Origin: the human T2T-CHM13v2.0 reference genome, Homo sapiens
Assembly (NCBI RefSeq): GCF_009914755.1
Contig: NC_060926.1
DNA length: 64,000 nucleotides
Reading direction: 5' to 3' (one strand)
Shown: one piece after another, positions 1 to 16,185 of the stretch
Numbering within the stretch: the stretch's first letter is position 1
How the letters are laid out: each line of letters begins with the position of its first letter
Translations under genes and position numbers: made by a program
The notes under the pieces: generated by a model
Databases searched by the model: none
Told to the model about the DNA's origin: nothing
Seen by the model: only the letters and a program-made list of their open reading frames with translations

Positions 1-250
1 TTATGTGGATCACAGTCTTGGCGTTCTACTTGGGCTTCTCTGATACCACCCTGGTGTGAATGTTGGAACATGTCATTACAGCCTCATAAGGGTGGAAGTC
101 TCAGCTCCCCACTTGGCCTTTGCTGGCCTACATGAGGTTGGAGGCACAGTTTTTTTCAATGGTGTTTACCTAAAGTGGCTATTATCTAAAATTTTTCTAC
201 ATTAACAGGCTTTCCCTTTTATGATCCTTTGGTTAGAGAAAGCAGCTTTG
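1..250 (-). mobile_element. Ancient L1M (L1MC/MD-type) fragment, part 1, split by MER21 LTR
   Basis: Motifs gtggaagtctcagctccccacttggcctttgctgg and cctttggttagagaaagcagcttt resemble recalled old L1M consensus; similar sequence resumes at ~1105. Confidence 0.5.
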
Positions 251-251
251 A

Positions 252-1100
252 TGTCATGATATTGTGATATATTAAGAAATATATATTTGATCTTTGACCC
301 TAGTTCCTGGCACAGAGCTCCAAAAACCTTTGAAATTTTCTGAGTGGTAGGAGTGAGAGGATCATGTTTTGTTATTCTTAATATGCACATTTTCAACCAT
401 ACCTGAGTTTAGTTTATGCTAAGGAATGACTCTTAGGGGATGGGGCATATTGTCAAGGAAAGAGTTTTATGATTAAAGGGTTGGAACTTTCACCCCCACT
501 CTACTTTCCCATCTCCAAGACCTTCAGGGAGAGGAGGACTGGAGATTGACTCAGTCAGCAAAGGCCAATGATTTAATCAACCATGCCTAGGCAGTGAAGC
601 TTCCATTAAAACCTAAGGGATGGGGTCAGAGAGCTGCTGGGTTGCTGAACACATGGAGGGGTTGGGAGGATGGTGTGTTTGGAAAGGGCATGGAAGCTCC
701 ATGCCACCTCCTAACTCCCATACCTTAGCTTATTCATCTCTTCTATTTGGCTGTTGGCTGTTTCTGAGTTGTATCCTTAGGTCAATGTTTTTCTGCATTC
801 CGTGAGTTATTCTAGCAAATTGTCAAACCTGAGGAAGGTCATGGGAACCCCTGATTTATAGCCAGTTGATCAGATGACAGGTCACAGTCTGGGGCTTGTG
901 ATCTGTGTCTGAAGCTGGGAGGGGTGCAGTCTTGTGGGAATGAGCCCTTTACTTGTGGGATTTGTATTAACTCTGGGAAGCTGGTGTCATAGTTGAATTG
1001 TGGGACACTCAGTTGGTGTCTGGAGAGCTGGAAAATTGTTTGGTATGGAAAACCCTCACGTTTTCTGTCAGAATTAGGAAGCAGTTTGTTTTTCTTTTAG
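252..1100 (+). mobile_element. MER21-family solo LTR
   Basis: Starts tgtcatgatattgtgatat...ttcctggcacagagctcc; contains gaattgtgggacactcagttggtgtc near the end, as in recalled MER21 consensus. Confidence 0.75.
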
Positions 1101-1104
1101 GTTG

Positions 1105-1310
1105 GGTCTTTTTTTTTGTCTGTGCCGTCAGCTTCAAGTGTAAGATATTACAGAAAGAAAACCCAGGGGACTCACCACTGTCCTTCTACAGATCCTGTAA
1201 TCCCTAGCCAGCCTGACTTCTTCTTGCATTTCATTCTTCTTACACTTGTTTTATACATAATGGCCACAGATTTTACTGGTACTTAGCAGGAGGAATAGGA
1301 AAAAAAAGTA
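1105..1310 (-). mobile_element. Ancient L1M fragment, part 2
   Basis: ttttgtctgtgcc...aagaaaacccaggggactcaccact...acttagcaggaggaatagg continues the fragment at 1-250. Confidence 0.45.
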
Positions 1311-1320
1311 TATATATATA

Positions 1321-1378
1321 TTAGTAATTGCCATTATTGTTAATGGCAAAAATCACACTTACTTTTGCACCAACCTAA
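1321..1378. mobile_element. MADE1 mariner-derived MITE, one arm truncated
   Basis: ttgccattattgttaatggcaaaaatcacacttacttttgcaccaacctaa matches the MADE1 centre and right TIR; adjoins a (TA)n run. Confidence 0.8.
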
Positions 1379-2844
1379 CGCTGTATCTTCCAAGAAGTCT
1401 ATCTCACACATTTTGTTTATATTTAAACATTTTAATTAAAGTTCAAATATATTTTTCTTGTTATTAGAAGCTTGACAATATGAAACAGCTCAGAGAGTGA
1501 AATAAGAGGAATCATTATAATTGAAATAAATATACAAGGTTATTTTATCAAAAAGTTTTAAACCACATTTTAGAAAATAATATTTAGCTTTATCCCTTTG
1601 GTGCTTGGAAGTATGTCTATTCTCAGGGCAATGCAGTAATGATATTTATGTTGGCTAACAGTTATGCAATCTTTGGTAAAATGGGAGGACTTTTGAAAAA
1701 AGATACATCATACATTCTTGGGCAATTTGAGAGAGTAAATACAGTGAAAATATGGAATTTGTTTCCCTCATAACTGTCCTTGAATGTGGACCTGAGGGTA
1801 CCAGTGTTAAAGATCATTGTTCTAACCAAAATTTGCTTAAGCAAAACATCTGCCTAGACCTTTAGCCTAAAAGATAACTACAGTCAGATATTCTTCTCTG
1901 GCCATATTCAGAATTTGTCTTGAATGGTTATCAGGAATTAGTTGTAATGCACGGATTTTTTTTCCATCATTTCACTAATGCATTCAGCTTGAGTTTTCCA
2001 TTCAGCTCTTAGAGGGAAAAATGCCTGAAAATAAAGTAGCTAATACGTGATTGTAACTGGAATTTCCAGTAGAGCCTTAGGAAAGGTGTGCTTTGATAAT
2101 ATTGATAGAGATAAAGCAGGGGCTCTGCGGCTGTTTGTGAGGGAAGCATTTAATCAGCGTGTATTTGTGTGCTCACTTTACTGAAACACTTTTTCCCACT
2201 TTTTATTCTTTGCCATAACCAGTCTACCCTGAGGACACAAAATCAGTGCCTTGGGGGAGAAGCAGGGAATGGCTGTACGTTTGTTTATTTCATCTCCTGA
2301 ATAGGTATCAGAGAGGCACCACCAGGGGAGGGGCATGGCTGGGTGCAGTACCAGAGGAAAGGAGCAGAGGTATTTGTTCTCTGCACTCCCTTTCTTTCCC
2401 CCTCCAGCCTCACAGCTCTCAGAAAAGGGAAGTTCAAGGACATGATCCTGGAAGACTCTCTGACCCTAAGTAGAAGTAAGATTTTATCAAAACCACTAGT
2501 TTGAAATAGGTGACAGGCATTGAGGTGCAGGGATGTGGGGACAATTTGAAAGAAAGAAAATATCTATAAAAGCCAAATAAAATAATTCCATCCCCCACCT
2601 GCCCATAGAAATCACGTATCATTACTCCTGGAGAAATGCTTTGGTGTCAGATGAATGGTACAGTCTTGTCTCAGTGTCTTACCTCTGTCCTGGGCCCCTA
2701 CCTCCCCTCCTCCTTCTGATCACCTTCCTACTATTCTCACTCTCACCCCTAAGTGATCATCAAAGTTTCACAGACACATACATGGTTAGAGTGGGAGGAG
2801 TTGTTTCCAGGCCATAATATCCATTCTTTTATGTAATTAATAGT

Positions 2845-3040
2845 AGTATCCAATCTTGGTTGCACATTTACATCCCATTGGGCAGCTTTACAAACTTTTT
2901 GATACCCAAGGTGCTTTCCATATCAATTAAATCAGATTGTCTATGGGTGGGACCAGGTATATGTATTTTTTTTTCAGGTACACATTTTTTTTTAGACTTT
3001 CTTAGGTGATTCGAATGTATAGTAGGGGATGAGAACTTAC
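2845..3040. mobile_element. MER5-family hAT MITE
   Basis: caatcttggttgcacatt...caattaaatcaga...gggtgggaccaggtat...aggtgattcgaatgt...gagaac pattern. Confidence 0.6.
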
Positions 3041-3984
3041 GAATTAGAACATTTCCAACCCAGTTGATTCCCGCAAACCAAATTTTCTTCTCCCTTTGCA
3101 AGAGAAGTATGTGACTCCACAAGACTGACCTTTGATCTTGGCAAGAGGAGCACCTATCCTAAGCCATGCGATTTAGAGGCCCCCACTTTGGCCTCCCCTG
3201 GCTGGGCTCTGCTCCGTGAGATAAGGAATCCATGGGCCACGGGGCCTGACCTTGGGAGCCCATGCCTTTATCCTGCACCACACTATGGGTACCAAGGCCT
3301 TAAAACTGACTATCCAAATAGCTCCGAGCTGGCTTCCAGGGTTTGTGGGGCCTCTTGCCTGGGGGCAGAAAACAGTGATGCTGTGGATGGATCCCCCAAA
3401 TGCTGTTATTTGTAGGGAAGATTGTGTGACTCAAGCCTGGACATTGATTTTAACTGGATGTCCATAGTCATGAGCACGAAATTCCTCACCATGGAGCTGG
3501 GATCGGAGGGGAGAGGGGGAAGGCCTTGGGATGATAGTGGTGGCTGAGGTCACAGATTAACCACTTAGGTTGGAGAAATCCAATCAGAATCTGGCCTTCC
3601 CAGCTTTTACAAAGGTATACGTTATAAAGGTATACGTGTTACAAAAGAAGAATGGAAAATATTTAAGTTTGTTTGCTTGACTTATAACACTTAAATATTT
3701 AAGATATGGTATTTCAGTCCCCATATTGACTCTTTGCTGAGCTCTGGAAATGTCAGCATCTGGCCTGTGACCACCCCTGCTCTATCTGTTTCTGTGGCCT
3801 AAACTCTGTGGGTAGGAGGTGTTGGCCTGATGGATGCTTCCTACCTTGGCGGCACCTTCCTCTTGTTACCCACAGAGCCCTGAGCAACTGAGATTTCACC
3901 TCTGGATTCCTTTCACTAGCTCCGTGTCATTTTGGCTGTGAGCTGCTCCTGCTCTTGCATGGTTGCATATATAGCATTGTAACA

Positions 3985-4240
3985 GTATACAAAATACATG
4001 GGTTTTGGTGCCAGATAGACATGATTTCTAGTCTTAGTTCTGCCACTTGCCACTTGCGTGACTTTAGGTGACATCCTTGACCTTTCTAAACCTTGGCTTC
4101 TTTATTATTTATATTTATATTTGTAATCAGAGTTAGCAATACCTACCTGGCATGGTGTTAGAACTAAATGAGGAAACAAGGAAGCATGGAAAAGTGTTGG
4201 CACAGTGCCTAGAGGTAGCAAGAACTCAGTAAATAATTGT
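3985..4240 (+). mobile_element. MIR SINE
   Basis: tctgccacttg...gtgactttagg...acctttctaaacct core and ggcacagtgcctag...ctcagtaaat 3' end. Confidence 0.7.
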
Positions 4241-4386
4241 TTCCGTTTATCAAGTAAGGGCAATTCATTTAAAAACAATAACAATTCTCCTCTACCCCTC
4301 TTATTTACATTTTCTGGACTAAATAATTGATATTTTTTGTTTTTCTTTTTATAATGCATTTTCCAACTCTTAGTTCTGCCTGCTTG

Positions 4387-4445
<59 letters not shown>

Positions 4446-4460
4446 TTGTGTGTGTGTGTG
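4387..4460. repeat. Compound (TC)n(TG)n microsatellite
   Basis: Directly visible dinucleotide runs. Confidence 0.95.
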
Positions 4461-5664
4461 GAGTACATCCTTCATATATCAAAGTGACAACTAGCCTACT
4501 ATCAGGAGGCCAAGCACTTTGAGTTTTTATGAGGAGAAGGCTGTTCATATTTCTTTCTTTGACAGTTTATCTTCTTCTTCACCCAACCGTCACCTGATCT
4601 AGGTTTTCTACAGTGAGACCAGTAGAACTGATATGTGGATGGAGCCTGGTCATTTGGCCTGGGTGTACTCAGCCAGTGGCACTCAGTATGTGCTGGTAAA
4701 CTGAGGCAGGACTGACTCCAGTCTCAAGAGGTTAACCATGACCTATTACAACCTATTGTAGTGTTTCAAAAACAGGACTGTATGCTCCTTGTTCAATACC
4801 CTTTCCTGGGTGTACTGGGCCACACATAGTAAGTGCTAAGTTAATGCTTATCCGATGAAATAATATGCAAATGATAAGTTATATAACTGGCCCATTTTAT
4901 GTTAATTAACAGGCAAGCCACATGTTTATTGGTTGAATATGTAAATTTTTAAAAAGTAAGAATAAATTAAATGAATGAACAAATGAATGAATGGTGAATA
5001 AGCATCTGTTGGGTGGGTGAGGTGTTATGCTGGGGTTGCTTTTATATTTAACTGCTCTATACACTGAAAGGGTACAACTTTTCAGTGTATCAGTTTCCCT
5101 GTCTATAAAATAGGTCCATAGTATCTGCCTAAACAGGGAAAAATGTTTAATAAAACTAGGTGCTCTAGTTGAGTGCTGGGAATTCTTGGGCATTGCTCTC
5201 AATATAAGTTGTTGATTAGCAGAAGACCTGGCTGTGTAAATACTAGCTCTGAAAAAGGAGAGATTTTTTATTATTTAAAATTCTCCTTAGTCATCCAGCA
5301 TTTGTGTTTGCTTTTTTGCAGGGCTGATATCTGTTTTAACATTTTAGCCTGTGCATATACATGGATGGAATAACATTGGCTCCAAATGAAGACAAGAGCC
5401 CATCTCAGTTCAGGCACGATCGTGCTTGATGGAAAAGCATGTCCTTAAGGCTCATGCAATGGCCGGAAGCTGCTGTACAGCCCTGACTAAAAATGAAGGT
5501 GCTGATCTTCTGGTTTGTGCATGGGCACAGATACCTTAGTACTGCTAAGTCCCGTCAATCTCAAATAAAGCAGAATGGAGCTGGCAGGCCAAGGCTTAGA
5601 ATTGGAGATGGACAGCAAGGTTCTATAAAAGTAAACATTGTGGACAGTTTCTTAGACAGTGATT

Positions 5665-6030
5665 TCTTAGGGTATCTGTTAAGATACTGTAACAAAGAAG
5701 CCCCCAAATATGTGACAACCCAAAGGTAACAGCAATCTAGGATGGGGAGGCATCAGTGCTCAAGGCACCTAGGCTAGCGAGTCTCATGCACTTTCCTCCA
5801 TGCAGCTTCCATTTTTGAGTCTAACAGCTGCTGTTCTTGTTGCTGATTCCCAGGTTGTTGTAATGAAAAAAAGCGATGCCCAGGGAAAGCTCTGCCTTAA
5901 GGACATGATGCTGAAATTGCACACATCACGTCAACCCATATTCCATTGTCCCAAACTCAGTCACATGGCCACACCTAGTGGCAGGGGAGCTGGGAAACAA
6001 AATCATCAGCTAGGAGGCCATATGCCCTGG
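5665..6030 (-). mobile_element. Old MLT1 (J/K/L-type) MaLR LTR remnant
   Basis: ttccattg...aactcagtcacatggccacacctag...ggggagctgggaaa motif typical of old MLT1. Confidence 0.55.
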
Positions 6031-6679
6031 TAAAATTCATAAAAGGAAGAAAGAAAAGTAAGGCTAGCAGGAGACAATTTAATATCTCTGCTGTGGGGGA
6101 TCCATTGCAGAGGACAGATGTGTTCATCTTTACTAAAATGCTTTGTGTAATTTAATAGTTAGAACACTTTGGTTACAAATAATGAGGGAAAGCAAAGAGG
6201 AAGTATTATGAGGGTGCATGTAAAGCAGCAAGGGAGAAATCATAGAAAAGGCAAGCCTAGCAGGATCAGACCCCACAAAGATCATGACAGGGAGCGGTTT
6301 CCATGTTTATGGCTACTCGGGGACCCCTGCAGTTGGACTTTGTTGATCTGCCACCTCCTGCACTAAAATGATTTGGCTATACCGTCACATGTGTTTTTTC
6401 AGCCCAACTAACTGGTTTGTTCTGCTTATTCCTCTTAATTTATGCTTGTATATGAACTGCCTTGAGCTTTACTCTCCCTTTTAGCAATATATAATTTCTC
6501 CCTCTATGCCAACCAGAAAATCATTTCATTGTTTTGAGACAGGCTATACAGGTTCTAGGTTACTGGCCAGACTATGGGGTTTGTTCCTTTAACCGATACT
6601 GTAGGAAGGACACTGTTCTCTAAAAGGAAGCAGGGGGAGAAGGTATGGTGTCCTCTTTTATATACTCACTCCTCATTCC

Positions 6680-7302
6680 ACTCAAAGTGTGATCTAAAGA
6701 CCAATAGCATCAGCATCACCTGGGAGTTTGTTAGAAATTCAGAATCTCAGGCTACACCTCAAGCCCACTGTATTAGTTTCCTAGAGCTGCCATAACAGCG
6801 TGCCATAAACTGGGTGGCTTAAACAATGGAAATGTATTGTCTCATGGCTCTAGAGGCCAGAAGTCTGAGATCAAGGTGTTAGCTGGGTTGGTTCCATCTA
6901 TTGTCTCTGAGGGAGAATGTGTTCCTTGCAGCTCTTCTAGTTTCTGGTGGTTAATTGGCAGTCTTTACGTCCCTTGGCTTATAGATGCATCACCCTGATC
7001 TCTGCCTTCAAGTTCACATGGTGCACTCCCTGTGTGCAGGTGCCTTCTCACATGCCGTTATTTATCAAAACACTGGCCATATTGGATTAAGGGCCCAGTC
7101 TACGCCAGTGTGACTTCATATTAACCTAATCATCTACAATGATGCCATCTTCAAATAAGGTCACATTCTGAAGTCCTGGGGGGTGAGTACTTTAACATAT
7201 AAATTTGTGGGGAAGGGGTACAATTCAATCCATAAAAACCTCTGAATCAGAACCTGTACTTATATAGGTAATTTGTATGCACATTAAAGTTTGAGAAGCC
7301 AT
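6680..7302. mobile_element. MER5A split by an MLT1 LTR (pieces ~6680-6768 and ~7238-7302)
   Basis: ctcaaagtgtg...agcatcagcatcacctgggagtttgttagaaattcagaatctcagg resumes as tgaatcagaa...tgcacattaaagtttgagaagc. Confidence 0.75.
6769..7237 (-). mobile_element. MLT1C-like MaLR solo LTR
   Basis: tgtattagtttcctagagctgccataaca...aactgggtggcttaaacaa...aaataaggtcacattctg...caattcaatccataa. Confidence 0.8.
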
Positions 7303-7591
7303 GCCTTAACATTCTTCAAAAAATAATGTGCCACCAACACACTTACTACCACCTTTAATGTGTAATGGAAAGCAGCCTAGTCTTGGGTTCTGGATTCTGA
7401 ACCTACCCTAGCCACGTCACGTTTAGTGCACAGCCATGTGCCAGGCTCATATTCAGCACTCAGTAAACACTTATTGGATGAGTGAAAAAAGTGGGACAAA
7501 GTGCTTTCATGTCTAAAATTGGAATAGTTATTTCAAAAGAATATTGTAAGGACTATCAGATTTACCAAATATTTAAAAATGGAAAGCATGA

Positions 7592-8271
7592 CTGTATCAG
7601 TCAGAATCCAGTCAGGAGACAGACATGCAATTCATTTGAACAGAGAAATTAGTATCTATTAGAGGAGAGTAATTATAAAGGTATAAAAAGAACTCTAAAT
7701 AAGACCTTAGAACTTAGGGAGATTATTTAAGGAAGGGACAAATTTTAAATGAAGGGACCTTCTCTCCAAAGCTTGAATTCAGACTTCACTGGAGAAGGTA
7801 TAGTTTCCTCGCACTGGATGGTAAACACGTTTTATGGGTTGGCCTGTATGCTCCAGGGTATAGGCTGCACAATGCTGGTGAGGGGGATCAGAGGGAAGCA
7901 AGGTGCCAGGAACCTGCTGCCTGTCAAGGGAAGGCCTAGGGTGCATGGCGTCTGCATCAGGAGGTCTGCAGTTACATGGATACTGGACTGCAGACAGAGC
8001 CCTGAGCTCACCTAGGGAATGTACACAACACTGGATGCCCCTACAGTATACCACTAGTAGCCTGCAATAGGAAGATGTGAAAAGAAGAGCAGTACACCAG
8101 AACCGGGAAGAAAAGACTCTTCTTCTCTCCCGCTCCAACACCCTCTACTGACATAATTTAATGTCATGCCTGTTGCAACAAAGAAATGCTAAAGGATCCA
8201 TTCCACTATTGCACAACAAGTAATTAAGGGCAGACTTTGTAGCTGGGAGGTAATAGATTGATGAGTGGCAC
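7592..8271 (-). mobile_element. ERVL solo LTR (LTR41/LTR52-like)
   Basis: Bounded by TGTATCAGTCAG...GGAGACAGA and ...ttgatgagTGGCACA (TG...CA ends); family from recalled consensus. Confidence 0.6.
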
Positions 8272-8689
8272 ATGCACTGTGCCAATATAAAGTCGTTTTC
8301 TCAATGCTAATATCAAATATGGCCTCAGAGAATAAGAGAAATAAAAAATGTGGAATTCTTAATGCCTTATCCGATAGATAAGTAGTTAGTTCTCCCTAGC
8401 CTTTCTCTAATTCCCATACATACACTGCTTTTTTCCAACTGTGTTGCCTCATAATATGATTTGGAGGGGTGAGATAATATTGAAAATGGAAGTTGTTACT
8501 AAACTTGGGAACTGAGCATACCTTGATGATGGTGCTCACCTATGTATACTCTTGTGTTATGATACCCACAGCACAGCAGTGCCAGGCACTCACCCTGACT
8601 CCTAGTTATCTAAGACGTCATCCTCTGGGGCTACCTTCCTTGGGCTGTTTTTCCAAGACTCTGGACCATTTATGCCATAATTGAGCTCA

Positions 8690-9660
8690 TTTACACAATC
8701 CTAGGCCATCTCATTCTTGCCCATGGCTTTCATTACTCATGAACACATTCCTCTGACCGGGTTGCTATTCTGAGTTCCTAACGATAGTCTCCTTGAAGCC
8801 AATCTTGAAGGTCACAAAGACACCCCAAACTCAACATATTCAAATCAAGCTCATTTATTATCACCACATTCACCCCCAGTCTGTTATTTTTTTCTCTTTC
8901 TCAAAGAATGGCAACTTATGTTTATGTTATCTTTCTCTCTTTTCCTTTACCTTCCATATCACTTCCATGTCAGAGTTCCTGGATCTTATCCCCTAAATAC
9001 CTCTTGATTTTGTTCACATCTCTCTGTCTACATTAGCACCACCCACATGTGTACTACATCACATATGACCTGGACCACCATACAGCCTCCCAACTGATTT
9101 ATTAGCAACCCCTCTGGCCTTTTTCCTAATATGAATCTAATATCACCCTCACCTTCACTTCTCTCCCACTGCTTCATATTTTTCAATGTTTCTTCATTGC
9201 TGTTAGGACAAACACAAAACTCTTGACATGACTTTCAAAGTCCTGCATGGTCTAGCTCTTCTCCACCTCTCAAGACTGACTTCACCTCTGGCCTTCTCTT
9301 GATTTCTCTGGATCAGCTACACTGGCTTTTTTCAACCCACTCTTTCGGGATATAGGACCTTTGCGTATGCTCTTCCCTGTGCCTGGAATACTCTTCAGAT
9401 CCCACCTCAACCATTCCCTGATCACTCTATCCAGCTCAAATGCCCCCATTATCAGCTCCCATTGCACCTTAGGAACTGCTTCTCCCTGATAGCACTTTTC
9501 AGAGTCAAATGTTATATTTTTTCATTAATTGTTTGGTCAATGCCTATTTCTAGACTGTAGGATCTACTTTGGCAGGATACGCATTAATAATTCCTCACTA
9601 TTGTATTCTCAGTGTCTAGCCCAATGCCTTTTATTTAGGCAAAATAAGGAATCTAAATAT
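8690..9660 (+). mobile_element. L2 LINE 3' portion
   Basis: Pyrimidine-rich L2 motifs: aaactcaacat, tgcctggaatactctt, cagctcaaatg, ctagactgtag, gtctagcccaatgcct. Confidence 0.7.
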
Positions 9661-9699
9661 TGGAATTCATGTGCTAAAATTTCTTGCTGAAATTTACTC

Positions 9700-9790
9700 T
9701 CTCCTTCAACAAATATTTAGTGAGCACCTACATGTGTTTGCTTCTATATTTGGAACTGTGCTTCCAAATAAGATTCCTGCTCTCTCATGT
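9700..9790 (-). mobile_element. L2 3' end interrupted by HERV-L; continues 16722-17040
   Basis: ttcaacaaatatttagtgagcacctac...ttcctgctctctcat then resumes after the provirus. Confidence 0.65.
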
Positions 9791-10330
9791 TGTATTAGTT
9801 TGGGTTGTCTAGAGGGATAGGACTAATCGGATAAATGTATATATGAAAGGGAGTTTATTAAGGAGTACTGACTCACATGATCACAAGGTGAAGTCCCACG
9901 ATAGGCTGTCTGCAAGCTGAGGAGCAAGGAATCCAGTCTGAGTCAAACCTCAAAAGTAGGGAAGCCAACAGTTCAGCCTTCAGTCTGTGGCCTAAGGCCC
10001 AAGAGCCTCGGCAAACCACTGGTTTAGTTGTAGGTCTAATAGTTCAAAGGCTGAAGAACTTGGAGTTCAATGTTCGAGGGCAGGAAGCATCCAGCACAGG
10101 AGAAAGATGGAGGCCAGAAGACTCAGCCAGTCTTATCCTTCCACATTCCTCTGCCTGCTTTTATCCTAGCTGTGCTGGCAGCTGACTAGATGGTGTCCAC
10201 CCAGATTGAGGGTGGGTCTGCCTCTCCTAATCCACTGACTCAAATGTTAATCCCCTTTGGCAACACCTTCACAGATACATCCAGGAACAATACTTTGCAT
10301 CCAATGAAGTTGACAATATTAACCATCACA
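9791..10330 (-). mobile_element. 3' LTR (MLT2A2-type)
   Basis: tgtattag...cctcaaaagtagggaagcc...aaccatcaca; on the minus strand preceded by the purine tract gacaaggagtggact. Confidence 0.9.
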
Positions 10331-10831
10331 AGTCCACTCCTTGTCACCTTAAACCCATACACATCTTTTGAAATCATACATAATCTTCAAATAAAGACAA
10401 TAATAAGGTCATAATTATGCCTAACATAATATAGCTATCCTTTGTACTACCAGAAACTACCAATTCCCAACCCAAATGCTATTAGATAAATTTAACAACA
10501 CTGAAATGCTGATATGAAGTCAATAAATCTTATGTCACATGACAAAGGAAAAAGAAATAAAATGAAGATATTTTCTTAGTACAAGTGTATACAAGCTGAA
10601 ACATGTTCATAACAAAATAGAGAGGAAATACGACAATTACCATCTTTGTTTCTGCAACTGGTCACGTGTCATAGCTGGTATTGATGACTACCTTCTTCTA
10701 CTACCTATTCTGTATTCCTTTTGCCTTCAGCAATCTCCTCAGCAGGTCGTGGTTTTTTTACCTGGTGGAGTGACACAAACCTTCATTCCTGTAGGGTCTA
10801 TGTCATTTGTAGTCCTGCCTGGATTGGGTTG

Positions 10832-11100
10832 TTATAGTTTTCCATTGACCTTAATCACAGGGCATGATAATACTAAGAGATGCCCTAAGGGATCTCCTAT
10901 ATTCCATGCATACTCTTCTTTACCTCCACTGTGGAGTAGTAAACTGATTTTATCTTGATAATCTGGGTCAATCACCCCAGCCAACCCTATAACTTCCTTT
11001 CTTCCTTTGTTGCCTGTTGACTTAGAGGTAGGGGGAGCCCAAAGTGGCCAAGTGGCAATCTTAACTTCCAGTTTAATAGAATCGTTGTTGTGTCTTCTGG
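10832..11100 (-). pseudogene. dut: HERV-L dUTPase remnant, N-terminal part deleted and frameshifted
   Basis: Translation GLAGVIDPDYQDKISLLLH...GDPLGHLLVLSCPVIKVNGKL carries the dUTPase motif 3 GVIDxDY. Confidence 0.85.
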
Positions 11101-14409
<3,309 letters not shown>

Positions 14410-14427
14410 GGGGACCCAGTCTCTCCT

Positions 14428-16120
14428 TCATTCAAGGGGTTCTGGGTTTGTAAACTGGTTCAAGTCTGGAAATTGATTGAGACACCATGATTCTCTATTT
14501 TTATAATTCAAATTAGTTTTTTGTTCACTCGACCTGGCAGTTTTCTGCCTATATAAATTAAATAAGTATGCAATAAGCTTGCTGTCAATTTCAGTTCTAG
14601 GAACACTGTGATTAATTAGACAATGCCAGAGCTCTACATGAGTCAGACTATTCTGATTGCTGCTTTGCATCTGCTGTCCATTACGGTAACTATGCCCACC
14701 TTGCCTTTGACAGTTGAGTGCTGCCATTTGGCCTCTGCCACCTCAGGATCTAACTATTCCTGTTGCATTTAAATTTTGTAGTTGAGTGACTGCGGTTCCT
14801 CTTGTAAGATCTGCCATACAGAGAAGAGCAATCACAGAGCCCTTCAAGGATGCAGGTCCTGCTCTCACATATCTATTTTGCAAAGTATTGTTAAAGGGTA
14901 TATCTTCTGGACCCTCCCAGCTAAGATGAGTAAGTCTAAATTGACTCGTCTATCCCAACATCCCAATCTCCCTAAGCCTTTTGATCCCTTCCTCTACATT
15001 AAACCAATGGAGAGCAGGCATTTGCAGCTTGCTCACAGTGGCTTTTGATCTGTATTTCAGCTAACCAAGCAAATAAACGATTAGACCATTTTTTTAACTC
15101 TCCAAGCTGCAACATTAAATGCAGAATCCCTGCTTAGTGGACCCAAATCAATAAATTCAGCCTGATCCAACTTTATGTTCCTTCCATCATTATCCCATAC
15201 CCTTAATATCCATTCCCATGCCTGTTTTCCAGTTTTCTGCTTACATAAATTAGAAAACTCAAGGAGTTATTTTGGAGTGTAGTGCACTTCCTCATGGGTT
15301 ACACTCTCAACCTCACTTCTAGGGGCTTGCCAGGACTTTAGTTATAGGTCTAGAAGCAAACAGGTTTGGGGTGGGTCCTAAGGAGAATCAGCATTGTCTT
15401 GCCTAGCAACTGCCTCAGGGGAGGCCATCACTGTTGTCTCAGGCAGTACAGGATTAATCTCTGACAAAGGTGGAAAGGCTGATGGCAGCATGGGTGGGGA
15501 AGGAGATGTTGCCACCACTGAGGGTGGGAAGGCTGTTTCCTCTGGCAGAAGAGACTTTTCAGAATTTAGGAGTTCGGTGCCCACAGCCTCATCAGGGTCC
15601 TCCCACACATCCCCATTCCAAGTTGCAGGGTCCCATTCTTTTCCAATCAATGCCCTCACTTTAATAGTAGACACCTATTGAGGCTACCTGTGCACCTTTT
15701 TTCAGGTCAGCCACTCACATGTCAAGAGCTTGTGTCTGATTTTCCACAATTTCAGCTCTTTCTCTACAGGAGATAAGACTCAGGGTAATCTTGGAAGATT
15801 TGAGGCTCAGTATGTGCTTCTGAAGCTGGGAGCTAGAATCCCCGAGTTCATCATTTTCTTTCATCACTTTGTCTAGTGAACTAGGCAACCAACTTCATTA
15901 TATTCCTTGGTTCTCCACGTATGGTCAAAGGTATTATGTATAGAGTCACTGTATTCTTTGCCACTCACAAATGGTGAATCAGGAGTATCAAATGAATTTA
16001 TTTTGCATAACTGTCTAAACAGTTCATGCCAAGGACTATCAGTGTTCTCCATGCTATTAGAAGTAGAGTCCTTAGCATTTTTTGTCTAATCATATTAAGC
16101 AGCCAACTCCAGAAGCCCCC
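14428..16120 (-). pseudogene. gag: HERV-L gag remnant
   Basis: STIKVRALIGKEWDPATWNGDVWEDPDEA and AALNCQRQGG...NQFPDLNQFTNPEPLE are typical ERV-L gag segments; several frame breaks. Confidence 0.88.
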
Positions 16121-16160
16121 AAATCAACTAAAGAACTCCATCCTTAAAATTCTGTTCCTC

Positions 16161-16185
16161 TAGAACCACTCTTGGTGACAACATC
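16161..16185 (-). promoter_or_regulatory. Primer binding site (tRNA-Leu type) of HERV-L
   Basis: Minus strand reads gatgttgtcaccaagagtggttcta immediately after the 5' LTR, a decayed form of TGGTACCAGGAGTGG. Confidence 0.75.

Noticed and set aside
4105-4548. 147-aa minus-strand ORF with HT and ER repeats
   Set aside because: Produced by the (TC)n(TG)n microsatellite and a MIR; no protein homology evident
9600-9740. Tail-to-tail L2 pair of the kind that produced miR-28 and miR-151
   Set aside because: Only about 9 bp of complementarity visible (ctaaatatt/aatatttag); too decayed for a hairpin
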